From: Octopus sinensis
Taxonomy: Eukaryota
Direction: 5' to 3'
Assembly: GCF_006345805.1 (NCBI RefSeq)
Contig: NC_042998.1
Span: 59,768,001-59,832,000, forward strand
Length of the DNA: 64,000 bases
Part shown: piece after piece, positions 13,306-24,584 of the stretch
Position numbering within the stretch: position 1 is the first letter of the stretch
Layout of the letters: each line of letters starts with the position of its first letter
The notes under the pieces: model-generated
Database searches by the model: none
What the model was told of the DNA's origin: nothing
The model's input: only the letters and a program-made list of their open reading frames with translations
Made by a program: the position numbers and the translations under genes

Positions 13306-13849
13306 TAATAATAATAATACATGAACAATCATAACAATGATAGTAATAACAACAATGATAATAACAAATATGTGACAAACTCAGAAAAACGTGAAGTAAA
13401 AAACACAGAAAAAAACAAATATTCACATGCAGCATAGAGAAGAAAGCTGGTGACAGAAAATTGAACTATAAAAAAGACTGAAAACGAAAAGCATACGTCA
13501 GGAGTAATGTTCACAAATTTCAGGTAACATGGAACTTATGAAGGAAATAGCGTTCTGACAGCTAACAATCGATGCGAATAGCTTATTCAATGCTTTGACA
13601 CTTCTGAACACTGAAATACGTTTCCGAAAGTTAATCATGATTGCTGCTCTGATGTTTTTCCTTCTTTTTTCTTATTATTTAATAAAAGAGTTGACGAATA
13701 GTGGAGATATAGCATTCAAAATGGTGGCCAAATTTGTTGATTGGAAGATGATGAATAATCTTGTGGCTTTCTTTCAGGCCAACGTCAGGTTGAGAATTTC
13801 GTTTGTCAATGCACAGAGTAGTAAAACTTTCAAGATTTTGTATCCTTTA

Positions 13850-14197
13850 TTTTTTACTTGTTACAGTCACTTGACTGCAGCCATGCTGGGGCACTGCCTT
13901 GAAGAATTTTTAGTCGAATGTATCGACCCTTGAACGTTTTTTTTTTGTTAAGCCTGGAACTTATTCTATCAGTTTCTTTGTTAAGGGAACCGCTATGTTA
14001 CGGGAACGTAAACACACCAACATTGGTTGTCAGTTGGTGGTGAGGTCGAATACAAGAACAAAGACGTGCACACAGACACACACACACACACATATACGAC
14101 GAGCTTCTTCCAGTTTCTGTCTACTAAATTGACACAAATAGCTTTGTTCGGCTCCAAATTGCTCAATGAACCCAGAACTTTGGAGAGTAAGCTTCTT
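13850..14197 (-). mobile_element. tRNA-derived SINE, body and 3' part (5' head displaced to 18292-18325 by insertions)
   Basis: Homologous to 11101-11480; ends at tgaacccagaac..gtaagcttctt, and the head resumes at 18292. Confidence 0.75.
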
Positions 14198-16161
14198 TAT
14201 TTCATTATATTGGCCATACAGGACTTACATAGAGATAGGAAGCTGCGGGCTGGACACAGACATAATGTTATATGAAATGAAAAATGAAAATGATGATTAA
14301 TAGGGGGGGGGGGAAGCGACGCCCGCCGATCGTTCTTGTCCCGTGAACATTGATCTCTTATTTTATTCATGAGGCAACAAACCTCTTACATTGTTAACAA
14401 TTCAAAAATGAGGCACGAAGCCTCTTACCTTTTTTTTTCCAAACTAGGAACTTTCAATAACACTGAGGCTGTTCAAACTCTTATCCATATTCCTACCTAA
14501 CATCGCTTGTGACCCCATCCTCCGCCATCACCCTCGCGTCATTCAAGCACAAGACTGGTGCCGTGTTGGTGTCGCCCGGTCACAAGCAATATTACTCGTT
14601 GAGTACCTACAGTGTACGCATCACGAGCAAAGTTATGATCTCCGCAGCTATCTGCGGAGGCCATTCGGGATCCCATGTGCAGGCTAAAGGTATTCCTTTA
14701 TGGTGCTTTTCCAACACCTTCTCCAACTCTCCGGCTCTGTAGAAGAATACGAATAATTCGTCTTCCTTCGAGGACGAGATAGTCACTTCTACTGTCGGTG
14801 GCACAATTCCCACCGACAGTATCTCTTCCCCGGCCAGTACCACAACCCCCGCCGACGAGGTCTGGGACATTCCGATACTATGTCACCGACTGCCGGCAAT
14901 GTCCCGTTTCCCTTCCTCTTCCTCTTTTTTCTTCTCACCTGAGGGAGGGTGCGTCATCTCCGTGACCGGGAGATTCGCGTTCCCTCCCTCATCCCTAGGA
15001 TCCTTCAGTGAGCACCCATTGTTGGTCACCTTCTTCCTCTTGCGGCCCTTCTTTGAGGAGTTCTCCGCCTCCTCAGCCGCCTTCATTTCCCCTTCTACAG
15101 AGGTATCAACCAACTGCTCCAGGACCTTACTTTTTCCTGGGGACAGTTTTTCTTTATATGGCCAGGCTCCAGGCACCAACGACACCTAGGGTGTGGGGAG
15201 ACCCTTAAGAATCACAGGGTAACTGCACCCGACCACATAAAAAAATATGGATTGGCTGATTGGGTCCACAGAGTCAAAACAGCTTTTCACCCAACCCAAT
15301 CAGCCACAGGAAAAACTTTCACATTAATGAGCTTGGCTCCGCTGCCACCCAGACACCGGCGGATAGTTTCCTCTATCCACTCAGGTTTTATCCCTGGTGG
15401 CAGCCCACAGACCCAAGCTCTTGTCAACTTCCTCCCACAATATGTGAGAAGAAACAAAATTTTATTGCCCTCCAGGTGCTGACTCACAAAAATTCGAGCC
15501 TACTAAGGGGTGTCAAACAGCAGCCACACCGTTGCATATTTGACCACTCCGGAGATGAATTTAATAGTTGGCAAATATTCTGTCAATTCTTTCTCAATTT
15601 CACTTTTTTGATAGAGGTGGATGGCGTTGAGCGACTTGGAGTACGTTCGCAGCACCACCGTCCTCTCTTCAAAATCTTTCATCCACTGTTTGTGCGGGAC
15701 AATCTCCTACTCCAACGCAGTGTTATTTATCTTCTTTGCCATGTTTTTTAAAGTCCACAAAAGCAACAGTTCAAAGTTTAAAAAAAAGGAAGCAGACAAG
15801 AAACAATTAAAAAAACACAGCAAATTCTTCTGGTCGTCCTTGTACTCCTGGCCAACTTTGTAATCCTCCTTCAATTACACAAAACAGTCACAAAAAATAA
15901 CACCATTTTCGGAGGGATACGCCCCCAAAAAACACTTCTCACCGCTAAGTGAGACTTTAAACACAACCACAGGTAGACAAATGCGTGGAACTCAGTAGAG
16001 ATTTCTTGTTCGACAAAAATAAATAAACACGAGCAACAAACCCCCACTGAATCCCCCAAACACAAATGTATTACCTAGTAGCTGTGCTTCGATAATCCAC
16101 GACGTTGGTATACAAAGACGTGACACCAGCAGCGAAGAAGGACACGTCCACACTGTATTGA
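14198..16161 (-). mobile_element. ORF1-only non-LTR-type element, copy A
   Basis: Gag-like ORF remnant, AATAAA immediately before the flanking target motif, homologous over its length to copy B, no RT or endonuclease sequence. Confidence 0.75.
14493..15742 (-). pseudogene. Gag/ORF1-like protein with CCHC zinc knuckle (copy A), frameshifted
   Basis: MAKKINN..RTVVLRTYSKSL..ATVWLLFDT..GRKLTRAWVCGLPPGIKPEWIE; CRWCLEPGHIKKNC at 15184-15143; basic KKGRKRKK linker; C-terminal WDPEWPPQIAAEII. Confidence 0.8.
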
Positions 16162-16177
16162 GGGAAGTAAGCTTCTT

Positions 16178-18291
16178 TTATTCATTAGACTGGCCATAAA
16201 GGCCTTACTCAGAAAGGCAGCTACGGGCTGGACACACACATATGAATGACAAATGAAATGGTGAAAAATGAGGGCAACAAGCAACGCCCGCTGACTGCTG
16301 TTTACACGAAGACATTGTTTTTTTTAAGTTTCATACTCAAAGCAATAAACACCTTACACAGTTAAAAAAAATTTATGACGCAATAAGCCTCTTACATTTT
16401 TACAATACAAAAATCATTTATGAGGCAATAAACCTCTTAAACAATTCAATAAAAATACAATAAAATACAATAAAAATGAGGCACCAAGCTTCTCACTTAT
16501 ATTATCAGTTACAAGCTTTCCTGCCTAACCAGGCTCCTCACCCTAGTCAAACATTTGGACGGTGCCAAGTCAAGCCGTTTTAACACAAATCTAAAGGTAT
16601 CCTCTCGGAAGGAGTTCATTATCCTGTACAGATCGGTTTCCTATATGACCTCCGCAGCCACCTGCGAAGTCCACTCAGGGTCCCCGCGCAGGACAGAATG
16701 CCCTCTCTTCGGCCTTTCTTTCTAAACTTCTTAATGAAGCTTTCTAGTGCCCCTCCTTTATGGAAGATGACCCCCAAATTACTCCTCCACAACATGGGAG
16801 AGGTCTACACTCCCACCAAAGGTGCTTCGAGAGACGCCGGCAGTGTGTCACAAACCGACGGCAATGCCCGTTTTTCTTTTTTTTCTTTTTTCCCCTTGAG
16901 TCACGGGAGGGTTGAGTTACTTTATCCAGAAGATCCTCCCGCAGCCTTCGGATCCTTCGGTGGGCAATCATTGTTGCCCACCTTTCTTTTGCCTTTTTCG
17001 AGGATGTTTCCACATCCTCAACTTCCTTCTTCTCTCCCTCCAATAAGGGATCAGGGAGCGGTACCCTTATTAACTGCTCCAGGACCATATTTTGGTCCTG
17101 AGAGCAGTACTTATTTATATGACCCGGTTCCAGGCACAAGTGACACTTGATGGGGGGGGGGGCGTCCTGAAGCATCACCGGATACTTGGACCCGGCAATT
17201 CTTAAAAAATGTGGGAATACCAGATTTTCGGCTGATTGGGTCTACAGGGTCAAAACAGCTTTTGACCCCCACATCAACCGCAGGCAAGATATTTACGTTG
17301 AGGAGCTTGGTACTGCTACCACCCAGTCCCCGGTGGATAGAGTCCTCTATCCACTCGGGTTCAGTTCCGGGTGGCAAACCGCAGAGCCAAGCCTTCGTCA
17401 ACTTCCTCCCAAAATAAGTGGGAAGAAACAAAATTTCTGTGCTCTCCACGGGCTGGCTTTCGAATTTGCGAGCCTCTTCGGTGGTGTCAAATAGCAACCA
17501 CACGGTTGCGTATTTGGCCCCCTAGAGATGTACTTAATTGTTGTCATATATTCTGCCAACTCTTTTTCTATCAAATTTTTCTCGCAGGCGGCGATGGTGT
17601 CGAGGGACTTGGAGTAAGTCCTCAACACCACCGTCTTCTTTTCAAAGTTTTCCATATACTGCTTGGTTGGCATTATCTCCCACTCCACAGTTTTTTCTTT
17701 GTCCTTTGCCATGATACATTAAACAGTTCAAAAACAGTTCGCAAAATTCAAACAATTAGTGAGAAAATCCAAAAGGAAATCCCAACCTAAAGGAAGAAGA
17801 AAAAAATATACAGTTCAAAGAATTTTAAAATGATAGATAGAAGAAGAGAAAGCGGCAATTCAAAACACACAGCAAGAAATCCTTTGGCCACACGGTACTC
17901 CACGGCCTTCAGTTTGAAATTGGAACACAGCTTCTCACAGTTGTATAATTCCACAAAATTATTCACCAGCATGAACCAACTTTCCAAGCGAACAATTCTC
18001 AAATATTAATTGAGAACAACACTATTCACGTTTGGAGGCGGAATATTCCCCCAAACAATAATTCTCACAATTAAGTGAAAAAAAACTATATACTCTACTA
18101 CAGGCCGACCAGCGCCCAGAGTCCAGTGAAGACCTCTTGCTTGTACAAAAATAATTATCACAAACAACAAACTCCCACTGAACCCCAAAAACAAAAGTCT
18201 TACCTTACAGTAGAATCAATTTCCGTCCGCTGCAAGCCAGCGAGACGACTTCATTCAATGCTATGAACAATTGACAACAAACGCCTGCGCA
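16178..18291 (-). mobile_element. ORF1-only non-LTR-type element, copy B
   Basis: Same architecture as copy A; ends AATAAAA then the target motif; no RT. Confidence 0.75.
16509..17712 (-). pseudogene. Gag/ORF1-like protein with CCHC zinc knuckle (copy B), frameshifted
   Basis: MAKDKEK..KTVVLRTYSKSL..WLLFDT..GRKLTKAWLCGLPPGTEPEWIE; CHLCLEPGHINKYC at 17145-17104; C-terminal DPEWTSQVAAEVI; stop at 16511-16509. Confidence 0.8.
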
Positions 18292-18325
18292 GAAGCAAGC
18301 TTCTTACCACACAGCTACGCCTGTA
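18292..18325 (-). mobile_element. 5' head of the interrupted SINE
   Basis: Reverse complement caggcgtagctgtgtggtaagaagcttgcttc matches the SINE head at 43039. Confidence 0.75.
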
Positions 18326-19426
18326 CTTATTCAATTATTAAGGGAATTGACACACAGCAGTATTTTGCCTCAACGCGTATATTTTCTTATCAATTCTAAC
18401 TTCCGACAACATATATTAAACCACACACATAACACAATTATTTACTAACTCATGTATTTGTTTATCTTCTGAATGTACATAAATAACATTTTATACCTTC
18501 TCCCAAATCTCTATTGTTTTATAGTTTTAAATATAAAATTTCATTAATAATACGTTTGATTCATGTTTAACTCCCGAGTGTCCCATCGCAGTTTTTAATC
18601 ACCGTTTATTTTTAATTGTCATTAGCATAAGAGTCAGCTGGCATAACTTACACAACCCCTCTTTCAAATACAATCTATTGTTTATCTTTCGAACTACACA
18701 CACACTAATCTTTCTTTTTTCCTGCGGGGCTCAACATAATAATTACGTATCAATTCCTATAAATAATTAACTCTACTCATTTCGTTTTTATTGCTTTTCT
18801 ATTCTTTTCCTTCCTGTTCCTCTCTCATTGTATTCTTTTTATTGTTGTACACGTGTGTGGGCGCGAGTGTGTGTGTTTGATCATAATTATATCTATGTAT
18901 GTATGTATACCTCTATGTGCGTGTCTGTGAGCATAATCTCATACATGTCAGTGTGGAGCTTACAACTATATATTTGTGTGTATATATATAATAAATGAAG
19001 TGCGTGCGTGTATGCGTGTGTGTGTACGTGTGTGTATGTACGTGTGTGTATGTGTGTGTGTGATTTTTCTGTGGGTGTGAATTTGTCTATATTTGTGTAA
19101 TTATGTGTGAATATGCATGTCTTTCTATAATCATAATACTAGGTGAATAAAAATATCCGAATATTGAGTGAATGGGCTAGTGAAAGTCACGAAAAGTCCT
19201 TCGCCTTCAGGCCATAGCCTCCCATTTGCAGGGCCAGAATATGACTGAGCTACAAACAGTTGCCGACTCTCTACAAATCTATCGGGATAGCTACAGTGGA
19301 ATATTCGTTTCACATTTTGGACAGTGTAACAACTCTATATATTTACAGGCTAAATTCGAACCAATCAAAGGGCGTAGATGTCATTAATTGACACGCTAGA
19401 AATAGCACTAAATCTCACTCACAACT

Positions 19427-19531
<105 letters not shown>

Positions 19532-20690
19532 AATTAAACAATGTATCCCTCAAATAAAAAAAATAACACTAATGGCTTAAAAGCCTTGGACTATTGGTCT
19601 ACTTGAATGTGGTTGACCTGGATTTAACTAAAACTAACAATAAGAACAACAAAATCTTAAGCTGAATGAATACATAAAAAACGTTTTCCGGTTGACTGCT
19701 GGCAAAGACTTATTAACCAATACATTAAGCTCTTACTTACAAATGAGCTCTCTTTCTAATGTAACTTTTCTATCGTTTCTTGTCTCTGCAATCATACTGA
19801 CCACACACCTTAGCCCAGCAATAACCACTACGTCCAACCTTTCTTCAGATATTCAAGATTGATTGCACTGAAATCGATCACAGTAGTCTATGAATTACGA
19901 GCTTGCAAATTTGATCAGCATATTTTCTTACATTCGAAAAAAAAACAAAAAAACAAAAACCAATCTTTTTTTAGTTGTTTCTCCCCATGATAGCAATCCT
20001 CTGAATTCCAACTCCACTAATGATTTTCCTGAAGATATCTACTTATTATGGTTCACACTGAACATCCACGATATTGATTTCCCAGTCTCGGATAGCCAAT
20101 GAAGTTCACAACTGCACATGACTTCTATAAGGGTAAAAAACAAAAACAAAATTCTTTTCGGCACAGGGTATCCAGTATTTTGTTGCTCCCTGGATCTTTT
20201 CTATGCATGCAAGGATTTGCAACACAACAACTTAATCCTAATATAACAATTAATGGAATCCCGATATAATTATTTGTAACATTGTGTAATATTTCTTCAA
20301 ATATTGATAATATTTGTCGTCTTGAAACCGGGCGAAAATCGAATCTAATTTCTAGACTCTGCCTCATAGGAAGCATAAATCCACCTAAGCCCACTTTGCA
20401 TACCGTACGTAACTAATTATGTGTACAAGTATTTGCAAACAGATCTGCTTCACTTTGCTTTCTTATCATTGCCTTTGTACTAGCTACGACAATCAATGCT
20501 TTACTCAGGTCATTAGGGATCCAGTACTACATTTTCAGATGTTTTATATCCATTTTGAAGATGATTGAGTGCAGTGTAAGTACCTGCAAGTATGTATGTA
20601 TGTACCTATGTATGCATGTATTATGTATGCGTACATACCTGTACCCATCTCTCTCTCTCTCTCTCCCTATATATATATATATGAAAATTA

Positions 20691-20812
20691 TTAAGGTGGC
20701 TATTCGCAATTTAAAAACCAAAGGTACCAGCCCAATCGTCACTGAAGTGACTAAGGGTGCTAATTGACACCCTTAGTCACTTTTGTTTCTAAATTGCGAC
20801 GAGCCACTTTAA
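20691..20812. repeat. Palindromic element (MITE-like, or part of a Penelope pseudo-LTR)
   Basis: Perfect 15-bp inner inverted repeat (20745-20759 / 20768-20782), imperfect outer IR gtggct..tcgcaattta / taaattgcga..agccac, TTAA at both ends. Confidence 0.65.
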
Positions 20813-20919
20813 AATTTTATAATTTTCACTTCACCATTTTACTAAATCAGCTACTGATTCCTCTGGTATTTTCTATAAATTGACAAGGTGATTTCAGTTA
20901 AACTCTAGGACACAGAGTA

Positions 20920-20972
20920 AGTATCACTGATGAGGATTAATTCAATCCGAAATCAATTGATGATATGACACT
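20920..20972 (+). ncRNA. Type I hammerhead ribozyme
   Basis: agtatca-CTGATGA-ggatt(aattc)aatcc-GAA-atca(attga)tgat-A-tgacact: full catalytic core, 5-bp stem II, 4-bp stem III, AUA cleavage triplet, 6/7-paired stem I. Confidence 0.8.
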
Positions 20973-22819
20973 CCTCGCTTGCTGCAGGGAACTTGCCCCT
21001 CCCCCCACCACTGTCAGTATAAATATATATGATTTTCCCTTTCGTAGCTCGGCCCCAAGAGAAAGAATGTTGAATTCACGAGACTCATAAATTCAGAACC
21101 GCTACTATAGCTTCGACCTATCATGCACTGGTACCTTTCAAGTGATGCACTGTACAAACAGCCGTGATGCATCTTATGTGAAGATGTATCGTGTGAGGTA
21201 ACTTTTCAAAAAGTAACTCGTTTTTTATTTGGCGTTTCTCTAATTTCTATAGCAAAATTTTTTATAATTGTAGCGTAACAAAACAGTACGCTGATGAGGT
21301 TTTATAAGTTTGAAACAAATCTGAATTCGTCACCACATTTGTCAAAAATCAAGCTCATTTTTGATTGCCTAATCACATTTAAGTTTCTTTTTAAAGTTTT
21401 GTGTTTTCTTTCATAACTTGATATGCTCATTAACGATTATAGTTTAAGTTTTCATTACGAATTGAATTCGAATCTATTAGTCACTATTTTCACTGGTTAT
21501 AATTATATTAGGTTAGTCTGCACTTAACAATAAGCCCTTCATGCAAAATGCATTTCTTATCATTCTCTGCTACGTGATCTATGAATGATCTTTACAAATA
21601 AAATATACCCTCTCAAAGCTGTTCTTTGATTTAGTATTTACTTGTTAGATATATTTGGTTGAGAAGGTCTAAAAGACTAAAATGTGTTCGGAATTTTCGT
21701 TGTAGCCGCTGAAGATGAAACTCACACCGTACTGCATTTCATATGACCTTTGCAAATTAAAAGTTTACTATTCTTTTCACATTAAACTTTGTAACATTAC
21801 GTGATTAATTTTGATTGATTAAGAATTATTCTTGGCTCACCACACCATATATATAAGCCTGTTCCCTAAATATATCATATTTAGCTATGCACCAACTTCA
21901 GCCTATGGCATTTAGAAGCCCAGCAAGGATATCAGTTCGCAACGGTAGCTTCCATCTTATATCTGCACAAATATGATGTTAACTGATAAGAAAGTATCTA
22001 CAATCTCGATCTGTTTGCTAGAAATACAAATTTAGATATCCTGCCAAATTTCCCTCTATTACCTTTCAAAATACATTGCAACGTATTGCTCAAGACAAAC
22101 AATGCTTTCAATATATATTAGGAAGGCCATAGTCATAATGTTTTCGATAAAAGTCCTTTAGCCTTCTGTTATTCTGAAATGAGCTGTCATTGTAGTATCT
22201 GGTTTTGAATATTAAATATATATCTTGTTAGTTTATACGCAAATTTGATTGCCCTACAAGCATAACAACGTCATAACATAATACACTGATACTCTTGGCA
22301 ATAATTCAATTGGTCCATCAAATATAATCAGGAAGTTAATTATAATTGAACATTGATCACATTGTCAAAACAAGCAGATAAGTTAACCGGAATATTAATT
22401 TTCATTGCCATGTATTTATGATTTATACATTAGATTTGAAAGATCAAATTTACATCTATCACCGGTTTCAGTTTAGAAATAGAATTAATTTGTAAACTGA
22501 TTACCATGATATCGCTAACCGTAATTCAACAAGATACTTCGTAATTTTTAAAATTTGATATGATTTAAACTAAGCTGTGATTAGGTGAAAATTTTGATTT
22601 TTATATAGAGGTATGTAAGGTTTCCTGGATTTTATACTCGTACCCACTATATAACTGATAACTATTTGATTACCATCGTGAATTGTAGTAAAATAAACTT
22701 CACGAGGGTGATTATTTCATCTTCATGTATATAAGCACTGCCACTGGATACGACCATGGTTAAAAGATAAGTAGTTTTACTGACGTAAAATAGGAAGAAC
22801 ACAATGGATAATTTAGTCT

Positions 22820-23047
22820 ATGCATACATGTATACATGCATACATGCATACATACATGCATACATACATGCACACACACATATAAATATATATACATATA
22901 TATATATATATGTAATATATGTGTATGTATATATATATGCATATATATATATATACATATATATGCATATACATATATATATATATATACATATATATAC
23001 ATATATACATATGCATATATAGATAATGTAATATATATATATTCATA

Positions 23048-23135
<88 letters not shown>
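22820..23135. repeat. (TACA)n/(TA)n microsatellite complex
   Basis: Direct inspection. Confidence 0.95.
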
Positions 23136-23139
<4 letters not shown>

Positions 23140-24343
23140 TAGCAGTATTGCCCGGCTTTGTGTGACTATTAATCACACTGAGGAAAATCGATCAACCTGC
23201 GAGTGCAAAATCAATACTTTCTTACACAATGTACGTACGTGCGCTCGTGCGTTCTATGCACGCGCGAATTAAGCTAAACTTGGATGAAGTTCAATCAAAA
23301 TTCAATTATTTGGGTTTTAAAATCAAGCATTTAATGCCCTCTATTTCCTCAATAGGAAGTACGTAGAAGCGCTTCATAAATTTTTGTTGATCAAATATTT
23401 GCATTGTTGAATTATTATTTTAGATCAGTATTTCTCAACGGGGATTTCAGGGGAGAGTTTCAGGGAGTCGCTCGCGATGTATCGTGATGATCAAAAATCC
23501 GGCCTGCTAAAATTTGGTTAAAGTGATTCAAACTGCAGACTCAACGCAAAATGGTCACATTTAATTCAAAGCGTTAAAAATGTTATGAAAACAATTGGTA
23601 TGTGTTCAGAAAGTCCAAACGATTAATACGAAAAAACCCTCCAGGCTACATTCCGAAAATTCATTTCTTTGCCGAATTTCTACGATGTTTACGGCGATTG
23701 GTTTTTATATCTTGATTTTTTATTTTTCATGCAATTTACGCATGCTTGCACGCGTGGTGAACAGAGTTCACGTCAAACAGCTGACTGAGTAAAGTTCACT
23801 ATTCAATGCATGGGATAAGGCCTAAACAAACACATTATCGATTTTTGCACCTGCGAGATGACTTTCGGAACAGAAATAGCCCAGTTCAATTTTCATTCGC
23901 CTAAACTTTAAGTGACCCATTTTTGGTGGTTCTACAATTTGTTGGCTAGGAGAAGATGTGCCGGGAAGTTAAACACACAGACACACACACAGATACACAC
24001 ACAGGCACACACACAGATACACACACATACACACAAGTTGAGGTTTATATATAGATATATATATATATGTATATATATACACACACACACATGCATGTAT
24101 GCGTGCAGGATGTCACCAACAGCAAACAACATGAAATATGAAAAGAAATGATTTAAATACACAAACAACGAGAGAAACAAATTGAAAAAAGAACAAGTAG
24201 CACCAGGAACGCCCCTTTATGAGTTGTCCGCTGTCGATTTACTCCTCATTTCGAGCATTGAAGGACAATATACGTCTTCGAAGGTAGTTCCTCCCATAAG
24301 TACCAAAATAAATTTTGTGAATTATGGAGGGTCAAGGTTGAGT

Positions 24344-24433
<90 letters not shown>

Positions 24434-24584
24434 TCATGAGAGGTACTGGTGTCAAGAAGACCCAAAAGCGTCAGGTAATTCTAAGTAAGTGCTATGGACA
24501 GACTATACTTGAGCTCCAGATTCGGTGATTATGCGAATGAGGAGTCCAACGTAGGTCATATATCAGCATGGGTATATATAAAAC

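Larger units (their letters stand above)
12413..13320. repeat. (TAA)n microsatellite arrays interrupted by retroelement pieces
   Basis: Arrays at 12413-12486, 12881-12893, 12979-13116 and 13233-13320. Confidence 0.95.

Noticed and set aside
14371-16498. Palindromic short repeats as a possible CRISPR-like array
   Set aside because: Only 2-3 degenerate copies per element, with irregular A-rich spacers, inside the 3' UTRs of eukaryotic retroelements; no cas-like genes.
14493-17712. Gag-like ORFs as intact domesticated host genes
   Set aside because: Both have several frameshifts and stops and are bounded by target duplications inside a SINE.
21291-21335. CTGATGA...GAAAC...GTC hammerhead-like core
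   Set aside because: Stem II and stem I do not pair; at best a dead relic.
23136-23480. Helentron-like start (actagcagtattgcccggc) and hAT-MITE-like start (cagtatttctcaac)
   Set aside because: Only one short end of each is visible, with no partner terminus or TSD.
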